Shown here: one piece after another, positions 22,787 through 33,720 of the stretch
Position numbering within the stretch: the first letter of the stretch is position 1
Layout: each line of letters begins with the position of its first letter
DNA from: Utricularia gibba
Lineage: Eukaryota; Plantae; Magnoliophyta
DNA length: 64,000 bases
Assembly: GCA_002189035.1 (NCBI GenBank)
Contig: CM007990.1
Span: 5,642,001-5,706,000 of the forward strand
Direction: 5' to 3'
Translations under genes and position numbers: made by a program
The notes under the pieces: generated by a model
What the model saw: only the letters and a program-made list of their open reading frames with translations
What the model was told of the DNA's origin: nothing
Databases searched by the model: none

Positions 22787-24313
22787 ATGCTGAGGCTGAG
22801 ACCGGCTCATTCTTCTCCGACTACGCCCCTTACTTTTGTTCGAAAAATCACTGGAAGTTCTATGATTTCTCATATTCATTGCATCGGTGATTCTTCGAGA
22901 TTTCCGAATCTCACGATCATGGCTTGCGCAGTGTCGACTACGCCCCCCGTTATCCAGAAACTGAACGAATCCTCGTCTCCTCCTCTCCAGGTCAACTCCG
23001 TATTGTTTTTCTATAATGAAGTTAATAGGTTTAGGGGTCCGGGTTTGATTTCCCCTTGGAAAAGTAGCATCTAGCCATTGATACCAAGATTTTCCCCTTG
23101 CTTTCGTGAAATAGTAGAAATGTTCGGTTTGGTTTTCTAAACTGTAGCCTTCTTTTGCCAGGTTGCAAAGCGTTTGGAAAAGTTCAAGACTACAATTTTT
23201 ACACAGATAAGTAATTTAGCCATAAAGCATGGCGCTATAAATCTTGGTCAAGGATTCCCAAATTTCGATGGCCCAGATTTTATCAAGGAAGCGGCTATTC
23301 AGGCAATTAAAAGTGGCCACAATCAGTATGGACGTGGATGCGGTATCCCAGATTTGAATTCTGCAGTGGCAGATCGTTTTGAGAAGGATAGTGGATTGGT
23401 GGTTGATCCTGAAGAGGAAGTTACTATAACATCAGGCTGCACAGAGGCACTAGCTGCTTCCATTTTAGGCTTGATAAATCCTGGTGATGAGGTTGTTCTC
23501 TTTGCTCCATTCTTCGATTCTTATGAGGCTGCTCTGTCCATGGCTGGTGCCAAGATAAAGTCTGTTACACTTAAGCCGCCACATTTTTCTCTCCCGATTG
23601 CTGAGCTGAAGTCTATTGTCACTCCCAACACGCGTGCCATCCTTCTCAACACTCCACATAATCCTTCAGGAAAAATGTTCAGCCATGAAGAACTTGCTTT
23701 GATTGCGCAGCTCTGCATTGAGAATGATGTACTGGTTTTCTCTGACGAAGTTTATGACAAGATAGCCTTTGAAATGGAGCATATCTCCATCGCCTCCATT
23801 CCCGGGATGTACGAGAGAACAGTGACTCTGAATTCTCTAGGCAAGACGTTCTCACTCACTGGTTGGAAAGTCGGTTGGGCTATAGCTCCTCCACACCTGA
23901 CATGGGGAGTAAGACAAGCACACTCCTACCTCACATTCGCAACATGCACTCCTATGCAGCATGCTGCTGCGGCGGCGCTCCGGTCAGATGACTCCTATTA
24001 TGATGAACTGAGAAGGGACTACGCTGCAAAGAAGACTATTCTTGTGGAGGGTCTGGAGTCCGTGGGGTTCACAGTGTACCCCTCAAGCGGAACGTACTTC
24101 GTTGTGGCGGATCACACCCCTTTTGGGCTGAATAATGATGTTGAGTTTTGTGAGCATCTGATCAGAGAAGTCGGGGTTGCAGCGATCCCCACCAGCGCCT
24201 TTTACTTGGACCCCGAAGAAGGGAAGAATCTGGTGAGGTTCACATTCAGCAAAGATGAAGACACTCTCAGAAGCGCCGTTGACAGGATGAAGAAGAAGCT
24301 TTTGAAGGCGTAG
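22787..24313 (+). CDS. Class I/II PLP aminotransferase, kynurenine/glutamine transaminase K-like (At1g77670 type), with organellar transit peptide
   Basis: Exon 1 (22787-22990) is Ser/Thr/Arg-rich. Intron 22991-23161. Exon 2: VAKRLEKFKTTIF, AINLGQGFPNFDGP, LNTPHNPSGK, SDEVY, SLGKTFSLTGWKVGW (PLP Lys). Confidence 0.92.
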
Positions 24314-24976
24314 GTCATCTCCAATCTGCTTAGGTATGAAATTGAACTAATAATCATCCGGTTGAAATGGGGATGAGCAAATGAGAGTTGGATTTGGCGA
24401 ACATATATCATATTAAAAAATGTTTTCTATATTAATATTATGTTATGTCGATCTTAAAATATTGAATTTTAATTTGATTGTATGGATAAAATTTGTATTG
24501 AATTAAATAATTTTTTTATCTAAAAAATAAAATTTGTTTTTGTCAAAATTATATATAAAATATCAATTAACTAGGTTTTGGTTTTAGGAAGCATAAGTAT
24601 TAAATTAAGATACCAATGACTCAATAAGTAATATAGGTAGGTCCAGTAGGCCTAGTAGAATTAGGGGCTTAATGAAGGCTTGAAGGCCTAACAGTGGGCC
24701 CTTAAAAGCCCATTCATGTAATCAGGAAGGCCCAGGAAGCATTCGTGGAAAACAAGCGACATGTAGCGCGTGGAAGGAACTCTGAAGGTACAAGAGATGC
24801 TCAAATCTGATTGGCGGAGAGGGTCCTCATCGACGTGATTACGCCTGTTGTTGTGGAGTCCGTTGAGGAAGTGGCCACGCGCAGTGAGTCACGCGCCTAA
24901 ATGAGCAACACCCCGTTGACTAGCGGTGTTATACTATATTTGAAATTTTCGAGGAGCGGTGTGTGCTTGCCGGAAA

Positions 24977-26125
24977 ATGAAGCTGCTAGCAGGGCGGTGG
25001 ATGTGGACATTGGTGGCGGTGATCTTGCCAGCGGCGCGTGGTATATGGATGGAACTCCCGAGCTCGGGTGAGAAATGTTTGACGGAGGGATTGTACAGCA
25101 AGGTCGTCGTTCTCGGGTATTACTATGCGTTCTACGGTGATGTTACCATGGGGAATGAAACTACGCTTTCCACCATATCCGCCAAGGTTGTGAAATGTGT
25201 CTCTGTTTCGTCTGATTCGTTGACTTTGCTGATTGATTCTGCGTTGTTGTTTCGATTCTAAATCCAGTTTTTGAAATCGAAGGCGGAATCGTTAATTCTT
25301 TTGTGAATCGAATGAAATGCTGGATCAGGTGGTGTCGCCGTATAGAAACACGCTTCATCAGCAAGAGAATGTGACTCACGGAGAGTTTTCTTTCACGACG
25401 AAGGAGGCCGGAAATTACGAGGCATGCTTCAGGGTGTACGGAGATCATCCATCAGGCAAGACGGTGACCGTCGGCGTCGAGTGGAAAACTGGGATTGCAG
25501 CTCAAGATTGGGATTCAGTCGCAAGAAAGGAAAAAATTGAGGTAGCTAATTCCCTCCTCATTGCAAGACTATAAGATCTGATCCGTGTTGTTGAAGACTT
25601 AGCATGAAGAACAATATGCAGCCTTCATTCAAACAAACACAAATGCTTTAGCTTTGTGGAAAATTCGTTGTGATATATTGCCTGGAGCTGGACCTCTGAA
25701 CCTGTTTTGTGATATATTGCCTGGAGCTGGACCTCTGAACCTGTTTTGTGAACATGAATGCATTCCCAAGCGCTTTCCCTGTTTGAGACGCTAGTTAATT
25801 ACACTCATGCAACAACATTTCTGAATGGTGTGCAGGGTCTGGAGCTGGAGCTCAGAAAGCTTGAAGCCGGCGTTGAAGCAATCCGTGATAGACTGGTCAA
25901 CATGGTGAATAGGTGAGCTTCAAAATGACTTGGGGTTTGATTCTTGAATCCATTTTCTTAAACGGCGCTGAGTTTTGCAGAGAAATGGAGATGAGGGAAA
26001 CGAGTGAGAAGACCAATGGCAGAGTAGCCTGGTACAGCATCACTTCCCTCGGCATCTGCCTCATGGTTTCAGTCATGCAGCTGCTGTATCTGAAGCGATA
26101 CTTCCAGAAGAAGAAGCTCATCTGA
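24977..26125 (+). CDS. p24delta (emp24/gp25L/p24 GOLD family) cargo receptor, 4 exons
   Basis: Signal peptide; GOLD domain ([38 protein letters not shown]); coiled coil [10 protein letters not shown]; TM helix; dilysine tail FQKKKLI*. Confidence 0.92.
25669..25751. repeat. Perfect 39-bp tandem duplication in p24delta intron 2
   Basis: TGTGATATATTGCCTGGAGCTGGACCTCTGAACCTGTTT starts at 25669 and 25708; TGTGA begins again at 25747. Confidence 0.95.
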
Positions 26126-26402
26126 AAGAGCGAATCACCCACCCATTACCCACTAACCAACTCACCCTCTCTAACCTCATCACCCTCCCTGCTGCTTCCA
26201 AGCTTGAATCACTGGAGCCATGTTCACCTCTCAAAACACTCTCTGTAACACATTCCATTTTAATGACTGATTCACCATATTTGAATTTATTTAAACTGAC
26301 AGAGTGATTTTACATCACCGCTCGACCAAACGCACCATAACACTAAACCCAATTCCTGATCTTTTCGGCCAATGCCGATATTCGATCCACAACACAAAAA
26401 AC

Positions 26403-26443
26403 CCAATTTTGGACCGAATTCCGGAGACAAGATCCAATTTTGG
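26403..26443. promoter_or_regulatory. Pair of identical CArG boxes
   Basis: CCAATTTTGG, matching CC(A/T)6GG, at 26403-26412 and 26434-26443, within the direct repeat CCAATTTTGGACC. Confidence 0.5.
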
Positions 26444-27084
26444 ACCCGCCCTTTGCTCTGCGATGTTTGAGCCAAAAGCATGTAGTGGGGTGTATGGTGA
26501 TGTGGTGTATTTATGATCAAGTTGTGGTAATGATGATGATGGTGATGAGAAGACATTTTGTTTTGGATGTGGGAGGGGAATCCACCAGAGTTTGGAGTTG
26601 GAATCTTAGCAAGAAACCACCAAAGCATCCCCTTTACAACACAACCTAATCACTCAACACACACACACATAATCATTTTGAAGATGATAACTAATGAGGA
26701 TTAGCACACTAATCATCATCAACCCAGATCCCCACTGAAAATACAAAAACAAATCGAGAATCAGCATCTGGGATTATGCTTGAATCCATGAGGGTTTAAT
26801 GCTGCACTGCACATGATGATGATGTCAGAATGGGGCAGTTGGAGTTCTTCTGGAGCTTCGCAGAAAGGATGAGGGGAATCAATCGGAATAAAACAAAAGA
26901 GGAAAAGCCAGGAGGGAAAGGTGCTGACCAACTTGTCTTGTCCCTGCCAAGTGATGATACGCCATGCATGCACTCCAGCACAATCCACGTATTCTGTGGC
27001 TAGTGATTCTCCAAAAGCGTCGCCCCTTCAACCCTAAACTGCACAAAAAAGCGAAAGGACTTCTCCCACGCAACACCAAAGGGA

Positions 27085-27125
27085 GCACCAGCACCAGCAC
27101 CAGCACAAGCACAAGCACAAGCACC
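27085..27125. repeat. Compound hexamer microsatellite (GCACCA)3(GCACAA)3
   Basis: Read directly; (AC)6 also at 26657-26668. Confidence 0.9.
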
Positions 27126-28465
27126 CCTGAGTGAGTCACAACCCAAATGCACACCACTTTTGACTCCCGATGCACCATCCCTCTTATAGTTTGATTCTAT
27201 CTGTTTTACGTGGCGTGGGTGCGTTGGATACGAATCGTATATTCTCTTTCGACAGAAACGGATTCTCCCTAGAGCGTTGTCGTTTTGGTGGGCGTGGTGA
27301 AAACACTTCGAGGCGTAAAAAGGGACTCCAATGTCATCTATGGAAGTCGAATCTGAAGCCTCTCTGATACAGCACACACCCTTTATGACTAATCCAAAGA
27401 CGAAAATCAAATCTCAGTGTTGTTGGGAAATGCATTACTTTGCATGTGAGTAACGTGGTTCAAACCTACTTTGAGTATTCAGCTAAAACTGCAATCCCTA
27501 GCTATGGAGGATGACAAAGAAAAACAAAGAACATGGGCGACGAGTTGTGCACGACAGGGGGGCCATTCATTTTTCCGACGTGGGATTCTGATACGGTATC
27601 AACGGCGTATGTAGGCTCCTCGGCTTTTGCAAAGATAGACTACCAGCAAGCACTAGAGTTGGCACTTGGCACTAAACATGATGTAAGCAAGAAGCTATTA
27701 TGTATCCTATGAAAAGGAAAAGAGTATACACCCAAAAGGGAGAAAGAGGAGAAGAGAATGGAGCACCAATCCCCAACCACATTGGATGCTTTTGCAGGAA
27801 AAGAGAAAAAACAAAGCCACCATGCAGGTGTCTGATGGGATGTGCAGAAGGAAAAGGAAACTCCAGAGGGATCCCAATCGGAACTAAATGGGAATGACAT
27901 TTAGAAAAAGTCTTTTTCAATACCTAGAGTTAAGGGCGTTATGACGAGAGGAATATTTGAAGATCCATTGATGATATAGTTCAAGAAACAGTCCTCTCCT
28001 TTCTTTACCTGTTATTTACATTCTTCAAGACTGGTTCAGAATGCAGCATCATCTACTTGTGTTATTAGGCTTTTCAATTCGCTTTGTCATAAGCAATCAT
28101 ATGATTAACCTACTGGTCCCCAGTGGGATTCTGCTAATTATCACAAAGATTCATTTGTGCACAAAACCCTAATAATATCTCTATCTGAAGTCGTCAGCAA
28201 ATAGAATCCAAGGTGAGAAGCACCAGGGTAGAGAGAGGTGCTGCTCATACGGACCTAGTTGCGTGATGAAACCTGAGTAGGAACTGTCTAGGAAGGTATT
28301 CCGTCGAGAATGTAAACACAAAGAGTAACTACCATGGCAGGAAAGCACTTGGATGTGGAGGGATCAGGATGACAATGCTGGGGAAGAAGGGTGGCCTTCA
28401 TAATGTCCAGCACATTTCAATAGAACAGATATTCAGCAACCAGATGTATTAAAAGAATTCCATCA

Positions 28466-29210
28466 GTGTTTTTCCAAACCCAACACTCCCTTCACCTCAA
28501 GAGGTTTCCCTTAAAGATATTTCAGATTGAAGATATGGTGGCCATCCATTCGGAAACTACGAGAGTGCTTCCTCTATTCGTATGGCACTACAAAGGCACC
28601 CTTCATTATGCGAAAATGCTAAGGATGACTAAAAGAATCTATTTTTTCCGATATTTTTTATCATCGAAACAATTTGTATATACTGATCTCTCGAATCTCT
28701 ACACTACATTGTTTCACAGTAGGATATACGCATCCATGATTATTAACTAAATTCATTGTTACGGAGCTTGGATGTTGAATCATGAAACAACATGAATAGG
28801 GAGTGGTAAAATGTCATAAGAATGACAAAAAACAGTGCATTTTTCTCATCTCACTATTGGGGGATGATTATCAGGTAGTTGGGTGCCTTGAATGGAGATT
28901 ACTGATTTCCACGTTGGCTACAACTTACAAGAAGAAAGGAAAACATGTTTCCAACGTTCTGACTTCAGAGATACCATTGAATACAGATCAGTAGCTTTAC
29001 CTTGTTTGTGGGAATATGTTTCCAGAAGGTGACATGGAAGATTGTTCATTCGAACCAGAAGTTACTTTCCTCGAATGTGATGGAAGATTATCGTTTGTAA
29101 TGTTTGAGCTGAAGAGGGTTAGAAGCCAACATGATTTCCAAAATTTTGGACGTGCTATTACACGCTACAAGTTAGAAAAGGAATGGAGAAAGTTAAGTGA
29201 TAAACTATGA
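28466..29210 (+). pseudogene. Possible decayed coding remnant with weak F-box-associated-like motifs
   Basis: ORFs 28803-28994 and 29016-29210 share a frame and are separated by one TAG. Fragments YKGTLHY, FLSSKQF, TFLECDGRLSFV and YKLEKEWRKL loosely recall F-box-associated domains. Judged by eye only. Confidence 0.2.
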
Positions 29211-29413
29211 CTAGTCATATGTTTGTAAGTAGCATTACAACACATGGGGTTCAATTAAAATGGAATTAATTTAACTGCAATGTGTAATGACGTAGAAGTG
29301 GTTGTGTCCAAAGCAACTAATGGTCTCTTTTCAGCCTTCTCTGTGGGTATATAAATTGCCTGCATAGATCCCCTTGTTTCTGCAGACAGAGAGGAGAGCG
29401 AGAGTTAGAAGTA

Positions 29414-31090
29414 ATGGCGACACTAAGCCTATGGGAAAAGGCAAAGCCTTACCTTTGCATGATCTCTCTTCAATTTGGTTATGCAGGGATGCATGTGATC
29501 GTCCTGCTCTCCTTCAAAAGAGGATTCAGTCATTGGGTGTTTGTCGTGTATCGCCATCTCGTTGCTACAGTCGTTTTCGCCCCCTTCGCCTACTTCTTCG
29601 AGAAGTATGTTGCAGAGTGTATCTTCTGGAGTTGTATTGAGAAGAGTTGCTCATCTTTCTCTCTTTCTTTTTTCTCTCCTGTTCAGGAAAAGAAGGCCCA
29701 AGATGACGAAATGGATCTTTTTGAAGATCATGGGGCTTGCTTTACTGGAGTAAGCATCACATTACACAACTTACATGTGATATGTTGGGTCGGCTGTGCT
29801 TTTTCTTGATGGCTGATTGGTTGGTTGGTTTCAGGCCGGTGCTCGATCAGAACTTGTACAGCGTCGGAATACAGTACACATCAGCCGCGTTCGCCGCCGC
29901 TACCGTCAATGTTTTGCCGGCCATCACCTTCATCATGGCGGTTAGCTTCAGGTGAGATACACGAGTGCTACTTTAAGGATTCATGAAACTATCATGTCCC
30001 AGGATGCACACTCGACATGCATTATGCAATAACAAGGTTTGAATCAGAGTAGTTGTGATGCTTACTTTGCATGGATACTCAGGATGGAGAAGGTGAACTT
30101 GGGAAAGGTGCCCAGCGTGGCTAAAGTGGTCGGCACGGCGGTGACGGTCGGCGGTGCGATGGTGATGACTCTTTACAAAGGGCCGTTTTTCAATATCATT
30201 CCGAGTCACGATGGTCAGCATGAAGCTGCCGCCGCCGCCACAGCCAATCCTCATTGGGTGATGGGCACCCTCTTCATGCTCGGAAGCATAACTTGTTGGG
30301 CCGCCTTCTTCATTCTCCAGGTTGGAAAATGCACTCATCATTCTAAATTGATTCATTAGCAAGAAAGATGCTAACTTTTCAAGGAAATCGAATGGAATTC
30401 ATACAGAAACACACATTGAAAGATTACCCGGCGGAGCTGTCATTGACAGCGCTGGTCTGCATGATGGGAGTGGTGGAAGGCGGCGCGGTGGCGGTGGTAA
30501 TGGAGCGCCGGAGAAGCGCGTGGGCAATCGGATTCGACACCAGACTTCTTGCCGCTGGATACTCGGTAATACACAAGTGAATTTAAACCCTAAACCCCTT
30601 AAATTAAACACATTTGGGGAAAAACCGGAACGCGATTAGCAAGATCATAACATCAATTTCAACTTTTGTTGTGATTCAGGGGATCATTTGCTCTGGAATC
30701 GCGTACTACTTACAGAGCGTAGTGAACAGAAGCTGCGGGCCGGTGTTCGTGACCTCGTTCAGTCCGCTGAGCATGATTATCACCGCCGTCTTGGGAGCGC
30801 TCATCTTGGCTGAACAAATCTACCTAGGAAGGTAAGCAAAAACACCACGATCATTCACAAAACACATGTTCCTCCTCTAATCATGGCGAAATTGCAGCTT
30901 AATCGGCGCGGTCATCATCGTGATCGGGCTGTACTCAGTGGTCTGGGGCGGAAGCAAAGAGAAATCAGCGGCCGAAGCACTAAAGTTGCCGACGGTGGTC
31001 GACGGGAAGATGAACGGAGGTGGAGTCCCCGTCAACGGGAATGTCCAAATCAACGGCAACTTCAACGGTAACCACCAAACGAAGCCCTAA
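29414..31090 (+). CDS. UMAMIT: WAT1-related / UMAMIT EamA-type amino acid transporter
   Basis: KAKPYLCMISLQFGYAG, YRHLVAT, EPVLDQNLY..G..YTSA, NVLPAITF, AKVVGTAVTVGGAMVMTLYKGP, YPAELSLTAL, GPVFVTSFSPL. TATATAAA at 29348-29355; TAA at 31088-31090. Confidence 0.93.
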
Positions 31091-32140
31091 CGGAGTCGAA
31101 GAAGCAAACAGAAATCGTTCACTGTTTCATTACTGCTTTCACGTAACCCTTTGAAAACTGCACTCATGTAATATAATCCCCCAGAAAAATCAAATAGTAG
31201 TTTTGTATATTTCACCTTTCAAATTAGAAGTAACATAAAAACTCTCCCATCCAACTAAATTTACAATAAAATTGTGCCTAGGAGCATGCAACGAGTGCCT
31301 TAAGCTTGTTGATATTTTCAAATTGATCGATTAACCGATTTTTGACAGCTTATCGATTAATCGAAGATATGATCAAAATAATTAAAAATTATAATCATTA
31401 TTATTTGATCGATCAAATTCAATTTTGAGGATCAAAATTACGTTTTGAATCAAACCGGTCTCATACCGATCCGGTTTTGAACATAGGTTAACATGGTATG
31501 AGACTACTATTAAGAGTATATTTGATAGTTAAATATATAAGATTTATATTGAAGTTTACATATATATTACTATTTAATTAATATATGTATATATATATAC
31601 TAGTCTTATATGATCGCATCAATCATATATTCATTTTTGCATATAAAAATGAAGAGAGAAAGGAAACCTAATTACACTTATAATATTCTTATGTTTAAAT
31701 TTTTATTTTCAAATATTAAACGTTATATACAATTCAATAAATAAATATATACATATATATCTAATTTAATATATTCTATTATCAAACTAATACATGAGTC
31801 ACAACGAGCGCACTACGCCTGTATTGAATAGAAAAGATAACTGTTTTCCTGCGCTATTTTTAAATGTTCATCGATATTTTTGAAAGCTAGTAATGTTGTT
31901 CTGATGGACAGACCAACCATCAGTCTCATTGCACACACGGAGCAAAAGAGATGGGTATCCATCATGAACACATTACACAAATTCTTACATGTATGTACAT
32001 TACAATGAGGGATTCCCCGGTTGGATTCCTCCATGATGAAGAAAGAAAGAAAGCTTGATTCTTGTCTTGATCCTACCAATTGCACAGGATGCAGTTAAAT
32101 GATTATGCACATTACATACACTTGATTGAGTCTTTGTGCA

Positions 32141-33472
32141 TCAGAGGATTTTCAGAGCTAGTTTGCTTGAATGATGAACCCCAAGTGTGGCGAGTTTGAG
32201 CACAGCACGCCCTTGGTATAAACTGCAAAATACATGTGATTCAGGTGCTAAGAACGTACTGTTTAAGGGAAGAATTCAAGCTTACCTCGCCAGAGCAAGG
32301 CCCCATGTAGCAAGGGTGCAAAGCATCTTTCCTGCTTTCCAGATACTGTGCATTTTCTCTATTTTATTCATGCCTGAAACTGCTTTTGCTAAAGCTGCAG
32401 GGATCGAAGGATGTGCTTTGAGCCATTTTAGCAAGGAATAATAATTGAAACAACAATTAGTCTCAACTGGGTAGATGAATCAATTCCATCAAGGCAGGCA
32501 CAATGTTTTCAGTAACATGCTACCATCCATGGGACAGAGGTATAAACCGAACGGGCTGACCAGGGTAGGCAGTGAATTGTGTATACATTGAAAAGCTCAC
32601 CTTTCTGCAGTTCAACTGGCGACATTTTCTGTCATACAACATTGAAAATACGGAGATTAGAATACACTACAAGGGCGGAACAATGAATAAAGAAGAACAC
32701 ATATCCAAAGTAATCACAAGTCATATACCAGGGCTTTTGGGTTGGCCATAATGCATTTAGCCATAAAGTTTGCGACTGCATCCACTACATGTTCCTCCGT
32801 TAAAACTAGATAGTTCTCACCGTCAATCTCACAGTTTTCCTCATAATCGTGAGGGACTTTTTCTTTTGTGACCCACACCCAGCTACTGGGATCCTTGCTC
32901 TCAATATTAATCAAAGAATCCGACATATCTAGATCATATTTTCACGCAAAGCGTCACAAATTTTCATAAAAAAAACCCTCGAAAACAAACGAAACAGACA
33001 ATCCCCATAAAACAGGATTTGCCCCAATACCTGACGGCTCATCAGAGGCGAACGTGCAGCTGGGTATTTGGTGTTGAGATTTGAGATGAACGAGGAGAGT
33101 TTCGGAATTGATAGCACTCAAGAGCCGGTCATGGAGCTGCAATTGGTTCAAACGAATCACCCACAAAATCTTCCCAACAGAGTCCACACAAAGAAAAAAC
33201 AATAAAAGCCCTACATCGGAGGGGCAATCATCCAATACGACAGGCGCACTCGCCAATTGCTTGAAAATCTCTAGATTATTCTGCAGCAATTGATGGAGCC
33301 GCTCGTTTTCGGAGCGTAGGGCTTGGATATCTTCAAAACCTGAGTCAATCGACTCCATCTTCCGCGTCGACGAATCGTGGCGGCGGTGGTGCCCCTCGAC
33401 GGCCGTCCACGCAACGTCAGCCACTTCCAGAACCGTCTTGGCCACCTCAATCGGCACGCGAGGCCCGATCAT
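32141..33472 (-). CDS. Uncharacterised conserved plant protein, 6 exons
   Basis: In-phase exons: MIGPRVPIEVAKTVLEVADVAWTAVE.., LHDRLLSAINS, SWVWVT..IDGENYLVLTEEHVVDAVANFMAKCI, KMSPVELQK, KAGKMLCTLATWGLALA, LYQGRAVLKLATLGVHHSSKLALKIL*. Confidence 0.85.
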
Positions 33473-33720
33473 CTCCTCAGTAGAATTCACCACGCACAAG
33501 GAACGACGACGGATGGGGCTTCCTTCCCGTGAACACCAGTCTTTCCCAATATAATTATATTTTGTTAATAATTTAATCATTTATACTTGAATTATTAAAT
33601 AGATAAAAAACTCAAAAAAATGTGATTAAATAGCAGGGCGTCGTCTACGCAAGGGAAACAAAATGCAGTACATCGGACATCACAAAAGGAAACAGAGCCT
33701 CAGATGCTTCAGGGAGCGCA

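Noticed and set aside
6313-24313. Possible biosynthetic gene cluster (UGTs plus aminotransferase)
   Set aside because: No scaffold enzyme or P450, and the intervening genes are unrelated housekeeping or signalling genes.
26565-26576. USE-like CTCCCACATCC on the minus strand (snRNA promoter)
   Set aside because: Two mismatches, no TATA at the required spacing, and no snRNA body downstream.
26287-26628. His-rich 113-aa minus-strand ORF
   Set aside because: The His run comes from a (GAT)n microsatellite; no signal peptide or known peptide-hormone motif.
27850-27872. miR393-like TCCAGAGGGATCCCAAT
   Set aside because: Too many mismatches and no star arm.
28041-28053. 13-nt match to the complement of the miR172 3' end (ATGCAGCATCATC)
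   Set aside because: The seed region does not match and there is no fold-back partner.
30583-30600. TAAACCCTAAACCC telomere-like motif; single telo-boxes also near 38622 and 45420
   Set aside because: One or two units only, common in plant DNA; not an interstitial telomere array.
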